This document shows positions 20,145 to 29,499 of a stretch of 64,000 nucleotides of DNA, in pieces. The position numbers and the translations under genes are program-made. The notes under the pieces are model-generated. The model ran no database searches. It saw only the letters and a program-made list of their open reading frames with translations, and had not been told where the DNA came from. The DNA is from an uncultured Clostridiaceae bacterium (GTDB lineage Bacteria; Bacillota; Clostridia; TANB77; CAG-508): NCBI GenBank assembly GCA_946493085.1, contig CAMMAC010000005.1, positions 945 through 64,944 of the forward strand. The letters run 5' to 3'. Positions within the stretch are counted from its first letter, which is position 1, and every line of letters starts with the position of its first letter.

Positions 20145-20327
20145 ATGGCACAACCAAAAAGAAGATGGTCAAAAGCAAGAACAGGTTTAAAAAGATCTAC
20201 ATGGAAACTAGAAAAACAAAATTTAGTAGAATGTTCTCATTGTCATGAAATGATAATGCAACATAGAGTTTGCCCAAATTGTGGATACTATAATGGAAAA
20301 GAAGTAGTTTCTAAAAAAGAAGCTTAA
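20145..20327 (+). CDS. rpmF: 50S ribosomal protein L32
   Basis: MAQPKRRWSKARTG..CxxC..CPNCG zinc ribbon. 60 aa. Confidence 0.95.
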   Translation: MAQPKRRWSKARTGLKRSTWKLEKQNLVECSHCHEMIMQHRVCPNCGYYNGKEVVSKKEA

Positions 20328-20363
20328 AGCAAATAAACCAATAAAAATAGACTAAAAAGAAAT

Positions 20364-20388
20364 ACAGCAGTAATGCTGTTTTTTTGTT
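20364..20388 (+). terminator. rho-independent terminator after rpmF
   Basis: acagca-gtaa-tgctgt followed by a T7 run. Confidence 0.7.
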
Positions 20389-20479
20389 TTTAAAAGAAAA
20401 AATTAAAAAACTCTTTTTTTCTAAAAATGGAAATGGTATAATGCAATAGACAATAAAAATAGAAAGGAAATAAAGAAAT

Positions 20480-22214
20480 ATGCAAAAGATAATGCAACAA
20501 ATAAAGGAAAACAAAAAAATACATTATATATTTATTATTATCATAGGAACTTTATTAAGTTTAGGACTTTTTAATATACAAATTAGAGATACACATGATG
20601 GATTTTTACATTTAACTCGACTAATTAAAACAGATGAAATGTTAAAATTGGGAGAATTCCCTATGATTATACCAGGGATTTGTAATGGCACAGGTTATGC
20701 CATGAATTTATTTTATCCACCACTAGCTACTTATCTTCCATTGTTAGTTAAGATGTTTGTACCGACTTACGTGACGGCGTTAAAAATTTTTGGAGCATTA
20801 TGTATTATTGCTTCAGGCATTACGATGTATCAATTTGCTTTTCAAGTGAGCAAGAAAAGAAGTATTGCTTTTTTTGCGGCATTTATTTATATGATAGCTC
20901 CTTATAAATTAGCTAATGTATATAAAAGATATGCTATAGGGGAGTTCATGGGACTGGTGTTTATTCCATGGGTATTTTTAGGATTATATAATTTATTACA
21001 GGAAGATGGAAAAAAGCACTATTTTATTGCAATACGGAGCAATTGGTTTAATGCTTAGCCATACAATTTCTACTCTTTATACAGCTATTTTTTGTTTTCT
21101 ATATCTTTTATTTTTTGTGAGAAAATTAAAAGAAAAGAAGATACTAATGGAAATAGGGATAAATATTATTTTCATTTTACTTGTAAGTGCTTGTTTTTGG
21201 CTTCCTTTGTTAGAAGCACAAAATAGTGCGGATTATGCTATTTTTGATGACAATATTATGTCTACAAATAGCCAATATGTGCAAGAAGGAGCATTAGATT
21301 TTTATCAAATTTTTGCAAATAAACAAGAAGAAAATGGTACTACTTTTAAGATAGGAATTCCTACTTTGTTCTTGATTATTACTAGTATATATACTATTCG
21401 AAAAGTGGACAAAAAATATAAAGATGTTTATATTATTTTTCTATTATTTTCTTATATTAGTTTATTTATGTGTTTTAAAGTTTTTCCATGGAAATGGATG
21501 CCAAACTTTTTATGCAAACTACAGTATGCCTGGAGAATGATGGGATTTTTTGATTTTTTTATTGCTTTTGTTTGTGGAGTAAATGCGGTTATATTATTAC
21601 AGTGTTTTGCCAAAAAATTAAAATGGAAATATATTTTTAGCTTTGTGTTTATTATAGTTTCTATTCCATATACACTTTCTCTTATGAGTATGTTTGAGAC
21701 AAAAGATGACACTATAGATGAAAAATATGAGACATATATTAAAGAAGCACAGACTTTATCACATTTTCAAGTGAATCGAGAATATTTACCAACAAAAGCT
21801 ATTCAAGAACAAAGAACTTATATGTTAGAAAAAGAAGACAAAACGGATATATTAGAAGGAAACGCTACTGTTTTGGAAGAAGAAAAAGAAGGTTTACATA
21901 TGAAGATACAATTACAAAAAATAGAAGCAAATACAAGATTAGAATTCCCTTATATTTATTATCCTGGTTATCAAATTATTTTGGAAAAGGAAAATGGAGA
22001 AAAAATGGTGCTAAAAGCAGAAGAATCACAACATGGTTATGTAAGTACATATGTTACAGAAAATATGGAAAATGTGGAAATAGTAATAGATTATGAAGGA
22101 ACGTGGATAATGAAGATATCTTATGTTATTAGTTTACTAGCAGGAATTAGCTTTATATTCTATATTGTAAAACAAAATAAAAAGGAGAAAGTAAATGGAG
22201 AAGAGTCGAAATAG
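20480..22214 (+). pseudogene. polytopic GT-C-like membrane protein, paralog of 22195..23898, frame broken by +1 at CGG 21035-21037
   Basis: ORFs 20480..21058 and 21006..22214 align collinearly with the 567-aa downstream paralog (HDGFLHLTRL / DDGIQHICRL; YTAIFCF; LPYIYYPGYQ). The junction HYFIAI|GAIGLMLSHT matches the paralog DYLLAISTIGLILTHT. Confidence 0.85.
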
Positions 22215-23898
22215 AAGGAATAAAATAGCCCTATTGTTTATTCTATTAACATCTATTTTTGTATGCCTGCCATTACTCAGTTCTCATTTAGATATCACTT
22301 ATGATGATGGGATACAACATATTTGTAGACTAATGGGAACGTATAGGTCTATAGAAGAAGGGCAGAGTTTTCCTGTTATTATGTCTGCCTTCTGCAATGG
22401 ATTTGGTTATTCATGGAATTTGTTTTATAGCCCTTTTACAGCATTTGCGCCGCTTCTTTTTAAATGGATTGGATTTTCTTTTTCAGGGTGCATCAAGCTA
22501 TTTATGTTTGCGGTTACCTTTTTTACAGGACTTTCCATGTATCAATGTGTAAAAGAAATCAGTAAAAATTCTAAAATTGCCATTGTGGCGGCTATGCTTT
22601 ATATTGTGGCACCATATCGATTAACCGATATGTACATTCGTTATGCATTAGCAGAACTAACTTCTTTTGTATTTTTACCATGGATATTTTTAGGATTATA
22701 CCGTATTTTCTATCAAAAGAGGAAAAGGGATTATTTATTAGCCATTAGTACGATAGGGCTCATTTTAACCCATACAGTAATCACCATGTATACAGCTATC
22801 TTTTGTTTTATTTATGTACTATTGCATATCAAAAGATTAAAAAATAAAAATGTGTTAAAGCAACTAATTGTAAATTTAGTGTTTGCTGTTGTCATTACAA
22901 GCTTCTTCTGGATGCCACTTTTAGAGGCAAAGCAAAGTGCGGAATATGAAGTATTTCAGCCTGGTAGAATGGAAAGAACAGAAGTACTAATTGCCTATAA
23001 ATTAGATATAACAGATTTGTTATTTACTAAACCAGATGGTGGAATGATTTATGAAATAGGTTTCTTAAGCTTAATAGGGCTTGCACTAACGCCAATAGCC
23101 ATCAAAAAAATGAGAAAAAATAAAAAGCAAATGGCATTTTTATATAAAACCTATATTTTTATGCTCATAGCAGGAATTGTTTCTGTTATTATGAGTTTAA
23201 AGATTTTCCCATTTGAGCATTTACCATCTATTTTGAAAATGCTACAATTCAGTTTCCGTATGTTAGAATTTTCTTGCTTTTTCTTTAGCGTAGTAGTGAC
23301 TATCAATTTAGGAATGGCAATTCGAGATTTTAGCATCAAAGATGTTGGCGTATTGGGAGTAGTGCTTATGATATTAACCTCCTTTTTTAGCACACATTTG
23401 CGTTATTTAGAAGATTTTGATGAAAATGTGTTGTGGCCAGCAGTTCCACTAACAGCAGAAACAGGAAGAGTACATGCCGGAATGGCAAGTATGGAGTATT
23501 TACCTAGTAAGGCATTCCAAAACAGAAGCTATATAGAAGAAAGAGACCAAAGTGTAAAAGTACTACAAGGAAGTGCTCAAATAGAAAACGAACAAAAAGA
23601 AAATACAAATTTAAATTTTGAAATACAATATGTCGTAGAAGAAAGTTTGCTAGAATTGCCATATATCTATTACCCTGGTTATCAAGTAATTCTGCAAAAA
23701 GAAGATGGTAGTAAGGTAGAACTAAAAACCCTAGAAACAGAAAATGGATTTGTGGGAGTAGAAATTCCTGTATTAGAAAAAGCTACAGTGCAAGTACAAT
23801 ATACAGGAACATGGATAATGAAAGTATCTGCTGTTATCTCTTTCATCGGGCTTTGTGTTTTAGCGGGGCTAAAAATAAAATATAGCCCAAGAATATAG
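22195..23898 (+). CDS. polytopic GT-C-like membrane protein (YfhO/ArnT-like, family not resolved by eye)
   Basis: 567 aa, more than 10 TM segments. Intact paralog of the preceding gene, with a 20-nt overlap. Confidence 0.75.
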   Translation: MEKSRNRRNKIALLFILLTSIFVCLPLLSSHLDITYDDGIQHICRLMGTYRSIEEGQSFPVIMSAFCNGFGYSWNLFYSPFTAFAPLLFKWIGFSFSGCIKLFMFAVTFFTGLSMYQCVKEISKNSKIAIVAAMLYIVAPYRLTDMYIRYALAELTSFVFLPWIFLGLYRIFYQKRKRDYLLAISTIGLILTHTVITMYTAIFCFIYVLLHIKRLKNKNVLKQLIVNLVFAVVITSFFWMPLLEAKQSAEYEVFQPGRMERTEVLIAYKLDITDLLFTKPDGGMIYEIGFLSLIGLALTPIAIKKMRKNKKQMAFLYKTYIFMLIAGIVSVIMSLKIFPFEHLPSILKMLQFSFRMLEFSCFFFSVVVTINLGMAIRDFSIKDVGVLGVVLMILTSFFSTHLRYLEDFDENVLWPAVPLTAETGRVHAGMASMEYLPSKAFQNRSYIEERDQSVKVLQGSAQIENEQKENTNLNFEIQYVVEESLLELPYIYYPGYQVILQKEDGSKVELKTLETENGFVGVEIPVLEKATVQVQYTGTWIMKVSAVISFIGLCVLAGLKIKYSPRI

Positions 23899-23900
23899 TC

Positions 23901-24008
23901 GAAAAATGTCAATGTCTCATTTAAGTCAGGGCCTAAATGAGACATGTCACAAAAATGTCAGGGATAAGTGGGACATGTCCCAGAAATATCAGGGATGAGT
24001 GGGACACC
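23901..24008 (+). repeat. tandem ~30-nt units of the AAAAATGTCAGGGATAAGTGGGACATGTC repeat family
   Basis: Units aagtcagggcctaaatgagacatgtcac, aaaaatgtcagggataagtgggacatgtccc and agaaatatcagggatgagtgggacacc. Contains the 12-nt palindrome GGGACATGTCCC. Related copies at 38165-38245 and 61411-61437. Confidence 0.8.
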
Positions 24009-24037
24009 TTGACGTAAACCCAAAAATGAGATAAAAT
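24009..24037 (+). promoter_or_regulatory. sigma-A-type promoter of der-plsY-gpsA
   Basis: TTGACG-17 nt-TAAAAT. The -35 box directly abuts the last repeat unit. Confidence 0.55.
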
Positions 24038-24065
24038 GAGGCTGTAAGAAAAAGGAGTGAAAAGA

Positions 24066-25394
24066 ATGAAACCAACTGTTGCTATAGTAGGAAGACCAAA
24101 TGTAGGAAAATCTACCTTTTTTAATTATATTGCAGGAAAACGTATTTCTATTGTGGAAGATGAGCCGGGTGTTACAAGAGATAGGGTTTATGCTGAAGCA
24201 AATTGGAGAGGAAAATCGTTTTATTTAGTAGATACAGGTGGAATTGAGCCGAAAACTAATGATGTCATTTTATCACAAATGCGTGAGCAAGCAAACATTG
24301 CCATGGAACTTGCAGATGTGATTGTATTTATTACAGATGTAAAACAAGGTGTTACGGCAGATGATAAGGAAATTAGTTTGATGCTAAAAAAATCTAAGAA
24401 GCCTATCATTTTAGTATGCAATAAAGCAGACCAATATGGTGAGACTATGCCAGAGGTATATGAATTTTATCATTTGGGATTAGGAGATCCTTATCCGGTA
24501 TCCTCTGTAAATGCTATTGGCATTGGTGATGTTTTGGATGCTATTTATGAAAAATTACCAAAAGAAGAGGAAAACCAAGAAGACGAAACGATTAAAGTAG
24601 CTGTAATAGGAAAGCCAAATGTAGGAAAATCTTCTTTAATTAATAAAATTCTAGGAGAAAATAGGGTTATTGTAAGTGACATAGCAGGAACTACCAGAGA
24701 TGCAATTGATTCTCCTTTTGAAAACGAATTTGGAAAATATGTTTTTATTGATACAGCAGGTATTAGAAGAAAAAGCAAGGTAGAAGAGAAAATTGAAAAA
24801 TACAGTGTTATGAGAAGTTTGATGGCAGTAGAAAGAGCAGATGTGTGTCTTATTTTAATAGATGCGAATGAAGGAGTTACTCAGCAAGACACAAAAATTG
24901 CAGGAGAAGCACATGAAGCAGGAAAAGGTATTATCATTGTGGTAAATAAATGGGATACGATAGAGAAAGATGATAAATCTACAGAAAAATACAAAAAACA
25001 AATTTATCAAGACTTACCTTATTTAGCTTATGCTCCTATTATTTTTATTTCTGCAAAAACAGGACAAAGAGTAACAAAGCTATTTGAAATGATTAATCAA
25101 GTGGCAAATAAAAATGCGATGCGTGTTTCTACGGCAGTACTAAATCAAGTGCTAAATGAAGCAATTGCTATTACACAGCCACCAACAGATAAAGGAAAAA
25201 GGTTAAAAATTTATTACATGACGCAGGCTGCTACAAAACCACCTACATTTGTGGTTTTTGTAAATGATAAAAAACTATTTCACTTTTCTTACGAAAGATA
25301 TTTAGTCAACCAAATTCGTAAAGAATTTGATTTAACAGGTACACCTATTCGTATGATGGTAAGAGAGAAAAGTGATAAGGATGCACAAAAATAA
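24066..25394 (+). CDS. der: ribosome-associated GTPase Der (EngA)
   Basis: Two G domains (GRPNVGKST and GKPNVGKSS) plus a KH-like C-terminus. ATG 24066 has an AAAGGAG RBS. Confidence 0.95.
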   Translation: MKPTVAIVGRPNVGKSTFFNYIAGKRISIVEDEPGVTRDRVYAEANWRGKSFYLVDTGGIEPKTNDVILSQMREQANIAMELADVIVFITDVKQGVTADDKEISLMLKKSKKPIILVCNKADQYGETMPEVYEFYHLGLGDPYPVSSVNAIGIGDVLDAIYEKLPKEEENQEDETIKVAVIGKPNVGKSSLINKILGENRVIVSDIAGTTRDAIDSPFENEFGKYVFIDTAGIRRKSKVEEKIEKYSVMRSLMAVERADVCLILIDANEGVTQQDTKIAGEAHEAGKGIIIVVNKWDTIEKDDKSTEKYKKQIYQDLPYLAYAPIIFISAKTGQRVTKLFEMINQVANKNAMRVSTAVLNQVLNEAIAITQPPTDKGKRLKIYYMTQAATKPPTFVVFVNDKKLFHFSYERYLVNQIRKEFDLTGTPIRMMVREKSDKDAQK

Positions 25395-25444
25395 GCAAAG
25401 CAAGAGGCATCTAGAAAATATAAAAAAGAAAGAAGGATGAAAAT

Positions 25445-26086
25445 ATGGTAGCAATGATGATTGTATCGGTTATTGCCTATTTATTAGGTAGCATTAGTTT
25501 TTCTGTGATTATCAGCAAAAAAATGGCTGGTTTTGATGTAAGAGAAAAAGGAAGTGGAAATGCAGGAACTACAAATGTACTTCGTACAGTAGGAAAAAAA
25601 GCCTCTATTATTACTTTAATATGTGACATTTTAAAAGGTGTGGTTGCTGTTTTAATAGCGTATATTACAGGTCTTATTACTAAAGAAGGAGCAGATACTT
25701 TGGTACAACTTGCTGCAATTTTTGTTGTATTAGGACATACTTTTCCTATTTTCTTTAGTTTTAAAGGGGGAAAAGGAGTAGCAACAGCATTAGGTGTATT
25801 ATTAATGATAAATTGGCATATTGGTCTTATTTGTTTGATATTTGCGTTAGTACTAATGATACTTACTAAGATGGTGTCTTTAGGTTCTGTAGGAGCAGCT
25901 ATTTTATATCCTATTTTAGTACTATGTATGCCAGAATCTACAGGTTATTTAGTACCAGGTAGCCATTTCAACTATATTGTATTTTCTATTATCTTAGCAG
26001 CTATTGTTATATTTAATCATAGAAGCAATATAAAGAGATTGCTTTCTGGAACAGAAAACAAATTAGATTTTAAAAAGATAAAATAG
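25445..26086 (+). CDS. plsY: glycerol-3-phosphate acyltransferase PlsY
   Basis: GSGNAGTTNVLR and FKGGKGVAT motifs. Polytopic, 213 aa. Confidence 0.95.
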   Translation: MVAMMIVSVIAYLLGSISFSVIISKKMAGFDVREKGSGNAGTTNVLRTVGKKASIITLICDILKGVVAVLIAYITGLITKEGADTLVQLAAIFVVLGHTFPIFFSFKGGKGVATALGVLLMINWHIGLICLIFALVLMILTKMVSLGSVGAAILYPILVLCMPESTGYLVPGSHFNYIVFSIILAAIVIFNHRSNIKRLLSGTENKLDFKKIK

Positions 26087-26180
26087 AAGACAATATCATA
26101 TAAAAAGCAAGGGTATAATGAAACTTTGAAATATTATGCCCTCTATTTTTTATTAGAAAAAATGTACGAAAGGAAGAAAA

Positions 26181-27170
26181 ATGATGAAGAAAATAGCCAT
26201 AATAGGAAGTGGAAGCTGGGGAGTGGCACTTGCCATCCATTTAGCAAAAATGGGACACTTAGTAAAAATATGGTCCTATATGGAGGAAGAAGCAAATCTT
26301 ATTAACAAGGAAAGAAAGTGCAAATTTCTTCCAGAAGTAACTATACCAGAAGGTGTAGTTTGTACTACTTCCTATCAAGAAGCAATAAAGGAGAGCGAGA
26401 TTATCTTGCATGTTACTCCTTCTAAATTTACTAGAAGCACAGTAAGAGAATATAAAGCTTATGTTACGAATCAAATTGTGGTGATTTGTACAAAAGGATT
26501 TGAAAAAGAAACGCTTTCTACCTTAGATACAGTGTTAAAAGAAGAAATGCCAGAAACAAGACTTGCCGTCTTATCTGGTCCAAGCCATGCGGAAGAAGTA
26601 TCTAAAGCTATTCCAACAGCTATGGTAATTGCAGCAGAAGATAAAGAAGATGCAAAACTTTTGCAAGATGTATTTATGAATGAAAATTTAAGAGTATATA
26701 CATCGGATGATATGAGAGGAATTGAACTAGGAGGAGCTTTAAAAAATATTATTGCTTTTTGTGCAGGAGTAGCAGCAGAAATTGGATTAGGAGATAATAC
26801 TTTTGCCGCTTTAATTACAAGAGGATTAAGAGAAATAGCAAGATTAGGTACAGAGCTTGGAGGCCAAAAAGAGACTTTTTATGGATTAACGGGTTTAGGA
26901 GATTTAATTGTAACTTGTCTTAGTGAACATAGTAGAAATAGAAGAGCAGGCAAGTTAATAGGACAGGGAAAAACACTAGAAGAGACAAGAGCAGAAATTG
27001 GTATGGTAATAGAAGGAGTAGACAATATAGAAGTAGCTTATGAACTATCCAAAAAATATCATATTGAAATGCCAATAGTAGAAGCTGTATATGATATGCT
27101 ATATCATCATTTAGATCCAAAAGTGGCAGTCAATCAATTAATGACGAGAGAAAAAAAGGATGAAATGTGA
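26181..27170 (+). CDS. gpsA: NAD(P)H-dependent glycerol-3-phosphate dehydrogenase
   Basis: IIGSGSWG Rossmann motif, GALKNIIA, NRRAG. Confidence 0.95.
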   Translation: MMKKIAIIGSGSWGVALAIHLAKMGHLVKIWSYMEEEANLINKERKCKFLPEVTIPEGVVCTTSYQEAIKESEIILHVTPSKFTRSTVREYKAYVTNQIVVICTKGFEKETLSTLDTVLKEEMPETRLAVLSGPSHAEEVSKAIPTAMVIAAEDKEDAKLLQDVFMNENLRVYTSDDMRGIELGGALKNIIAFCAGVAAEIGLGDNTFAALITRGLREIARLGTELGGQKETFYGLTGLGDLIVTCLSEHSRNRRAGKLIGQGKTLEETRAEIGMVIEGVDNIEVAYELSKKYHIEMPIVEAVYDMLYHHLDPKVAVNQLMTREKKDEM

Positions 27171-27175
27171 ACTTC

Positions 27176-27202
27176 GCAATTTAGGGACGTTCCTTAAATT
27201 GC
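27176..27202. repeat. palindromic hairpin repeat TTTAGGGACRTTCCTTAAA (family 2)
   Basis: gcaatttagggacgttccttaaattgc immediately after the gpsA stop. Related copies at 40539-40563 and 40583-40607. Confidence 0.75.
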
Positions 27203-27222
27203 ATGGAAAGGAAAAATAGAAA

Positions 27223-27666
27223 ATGAGGTTTTTGATACAAAGAGTAAAAAAAGCAAAAGTGACAGTGGATGGAGAAACAACTGGAGAGATAGAAAAAGGT
27301 TTTTTGGTATTGGTAGGAGTAGGACCAAATGATACAGAGGAAGTTGCAGATTATTTGGTACAAAAATTAATTAAATTGCGTGTGTTTGAAGATGAAAATG
27401 GAAAGATGAATTTGGCTTTAAAAGATATACAAGGTAGTCTTTTAATGGTTTCTCAGTTTACTCTATATGCGGATTGTTCAGGAGGGAATAGGCCAAGTTT
27501 TATAGGAGCTGCTAAACCAGAGAAGGCAAATACTTTGTATGAATATTGTATGGAAGAGTGCAAAAAGCAAGGAATAGAGGTTCAACATGGTATTTTTGGA
27601 GCGGATATGCAAGTAGAATTAATTAATGATGGTCCAGTTACCATTCTATTAGAAAAAGAAGCTTAA
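27223..27666 (+). CDS. dtd: D-aminoacyl-tRNA deacylase
   Basis: MRFLIQRV..VSQFTLYAD..GNRPSF..NDGPVT motifs. 147 aa. Confidence 0.95.
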   Translation: MRFLIQRVKKAKVTVDGETTGEIEKGFLVLVGVGPNDTEEVADYLVQKLIKLRVFEDENGKMNLALKDIQGSLLMVSQFTLYADCSGGNRPSFIGAAKPEKANTLYEYCMEECKKQGIEVQHGIFGADMQVELINDGPVTILLEKEA

Positions 27667-27704
27667 ATGTGCAAAATATCTAGAAAACGAAAAATTGACA
27701 AAGT

Positions 27705-28022
27705 TTAATAGGGAAAACGCTCATAAAGATAGCGTATAATTTCATCGGCATTTTGCTCTGTTACATTAATAAAAATATCTTTATCCATGCTAATCCACAT
27801 GTTGATAGGATAATTTTGACTATTTTCGGCAAAAATACCAATAATATCTGCTATTTCTATAGGGTTTTCATATACGTGTTCCCATTCTAATGTATCTTTA
27901 GATAGGTTAAGAGGGGAAGACGTATTTTTTTGAGTGTTTTCCTCACTATTTTGATAAAATTTCTGCAAAAAACGAGCGATTTCATTTTCTGCATTACTGT
28001 ATAATCTAACAATTGTATACAT
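27705..28022 (-). CDS. hypothetical protein (105 aa)
   Basis: Isolated ORF with an AGGAGAAAAAC-ATG RBS. No family recognised. Confidence 0.5.
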   Translation of the reverse strand: MYTIVRLYSNAENEIARFLQKFYQNSEENTQKNTSSPLNLSKDTLEWEHVYENPIEIADIIGIFAENSQNYPINMWISMDKDIFINVTEQNADEIIRYLYERFPY

Positions 28023-28129
28023 GTTTTTCTCCTTTATTTTTCTAATCTTAGTATTTTATATTTTTTTATAACTATACAAGGAATAAAATGCAATTTTTTT
28101 ATGCATACTATTTTTAAAGGAGAATGTGT

Positions 28130-29062
28130 ATGAAAAAGAGTGTATGGAAAAATGTAGGAATTATTCTTATCGTTATTGTGTTTTTTGCCGTTCTATTTTT
28201 TTCTATTTCTGGTTTTGGCAAACAATCAGAAACAGATATCAAAGAAAAGATAAAAGCAGAACTTTCTTATATGGATGATAGTATTTTATCTATGAGTTAT
28301 CAACTAACGGGGATTAATTTAGCAGATTATGTGATTACGAAGGAACAAGAATCTTCTAGTAATCAGCAGTCCAACGAACAAAATAGCCAATCGAATACTA
28401 ATACCGGAGAGCAAAGTTCTACTTCTAGTTCAGGTGGACAAAAATCTAGTGAAAATGTACAAAGCGAAAGTAGTGAGAGTAATGTAAAATTTAGTTTAAA
28501 AGAGCAAAGTACATTAGATACTACTAAAACCAATACCATTGATTGGGAAACATTAAGATTGGATACAGAGCTACTTTATTCTAGTTGGACTAGTTTTTTA
28601 GTCGATTTACATGCTACACAAAATGTAAAAAATGAGGACATACTAGCCTTTAGTTCAGAAATGGATAATTTAATGATAAAGGTGAAAGAAGAAAACAAAA
28701 ATGATGCATTAATAGTATTGGCTAATTTATATAGTTATATTCCTCTTTATGCAGAAGGTATTTTAACAGAGAAAACAGAGCAAGTAAATTTATATCGCAC
28801 AAAATCTCATATTTTAGCCTGCAGTGTTTTACTAGAACAGGAAAGGTGGGAAGAAATTCCAGCACAGATGGCAAAAGCACAAGAATATTTTTCTAGTATT
28901 GTGAATCAAACTTTGACGAATGAAAATATGCAGAACAAACTTAGCAAAAGTTATGTATTGCTAAATGAATTAAATAGTGCTGTTGCATTAAAAGATAAAG
29001 AAGTCTTTTATGTAAAATATGAGAATTTGATGGAAAATATGCAATATTTAGATTTTTCATAA
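28130..29062 (+). CDS. hypothetical membrane-anchored protein with a Ser/Gln/Asn-rich linker
   Basis: N-terminal TM and a low-complexity SSNQQSNEQNSQSNTNTGEQSSTSSSGGQKSSE segment. ATG 28130 has an AAAGGAGA RBS. Confidence 0.6.
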   Translation: MKKSVWKNVGIILIVIVFFAVLFFSISGFGKQSETDIKEKIKAELSYMDDSILSMSYQLTGINLADYVITKEQESSSNQQSNEQNSQSNTNTGEQSSTSSSGGQKSSENVQSESSESNVKFSLKEQSTLDTTKTNTIDWETLRLDTELLYSSWTSFLVDLHATQNVKNEDILAFSSEMDNLMIKVKEENKNDALIVLANLYSYIPLYAEGILTEKTEQVNLYRTKSHILACSVLLEQERWEEIPAQMAKAQEYFSSIVNQTLTNENMQNKLSKSYVLLNELNSAVALKDKEVFYVKYENLMENMQYLDFS

Positions 29063-29140
29063 AGGTTATGATAAAAACATAAGATAAAAAATTTTTCTTC
29101 CAAAATTGACAAAAAGCCCAAAACATATTACAATAAAAAA

Positions 29141-29499
29141 GGAGTAAATTGAATAGTCGCGTATAGCAGGGTCGAAAGACAGCGTACGAGGAAAGTCCGG
29201 GCTCCATAGAGCAGGGATGCTAGATAACGTCTAGTGAGGGTAACCTTAAGGAAAGTGCAACAGAAAAGAACCGCCTCTTTTGGGAGGTAAGGGTGAAAAG
29301 GTGAGGTAAGAGCTCACCGCTTCTTTTGGTGACAAGAGAAGGCTATGTAAACCCCATCCGGAGCAACACCGTGATAAAAAAGAAAATAAGTTGCTCGCTT
29401 TTTTCTTTTTCGTTTATTATGGTGGCTTTGAGCCCTATAGTGATATAGGGAGTAGATAAATGACTATTCATGACAGAACCCGGCTTATAGATTTACTTC
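29141..29499 (+). ncRNA. rnpB: RNase P RNA (bacterial, Firmicute type B-like)
   Basis: Universal GAGGAAAGTCCGGGCTCCATAG block and the 3' ACAGAACCCGGCTTATAG block. P1 pairing ggagtaaat / atttacttc. Ends are accurate to about +/-5 nt. Confidence 0.9.

Noticed and set aside
23901-24008. Considered whether the tandem ~30-nt units could be a small CRISPR array.
   Set aside because: The units are contiguous with no unique spacers and are only approximately repeated. No cas genes are nearby. Single copies sit at other promoters.
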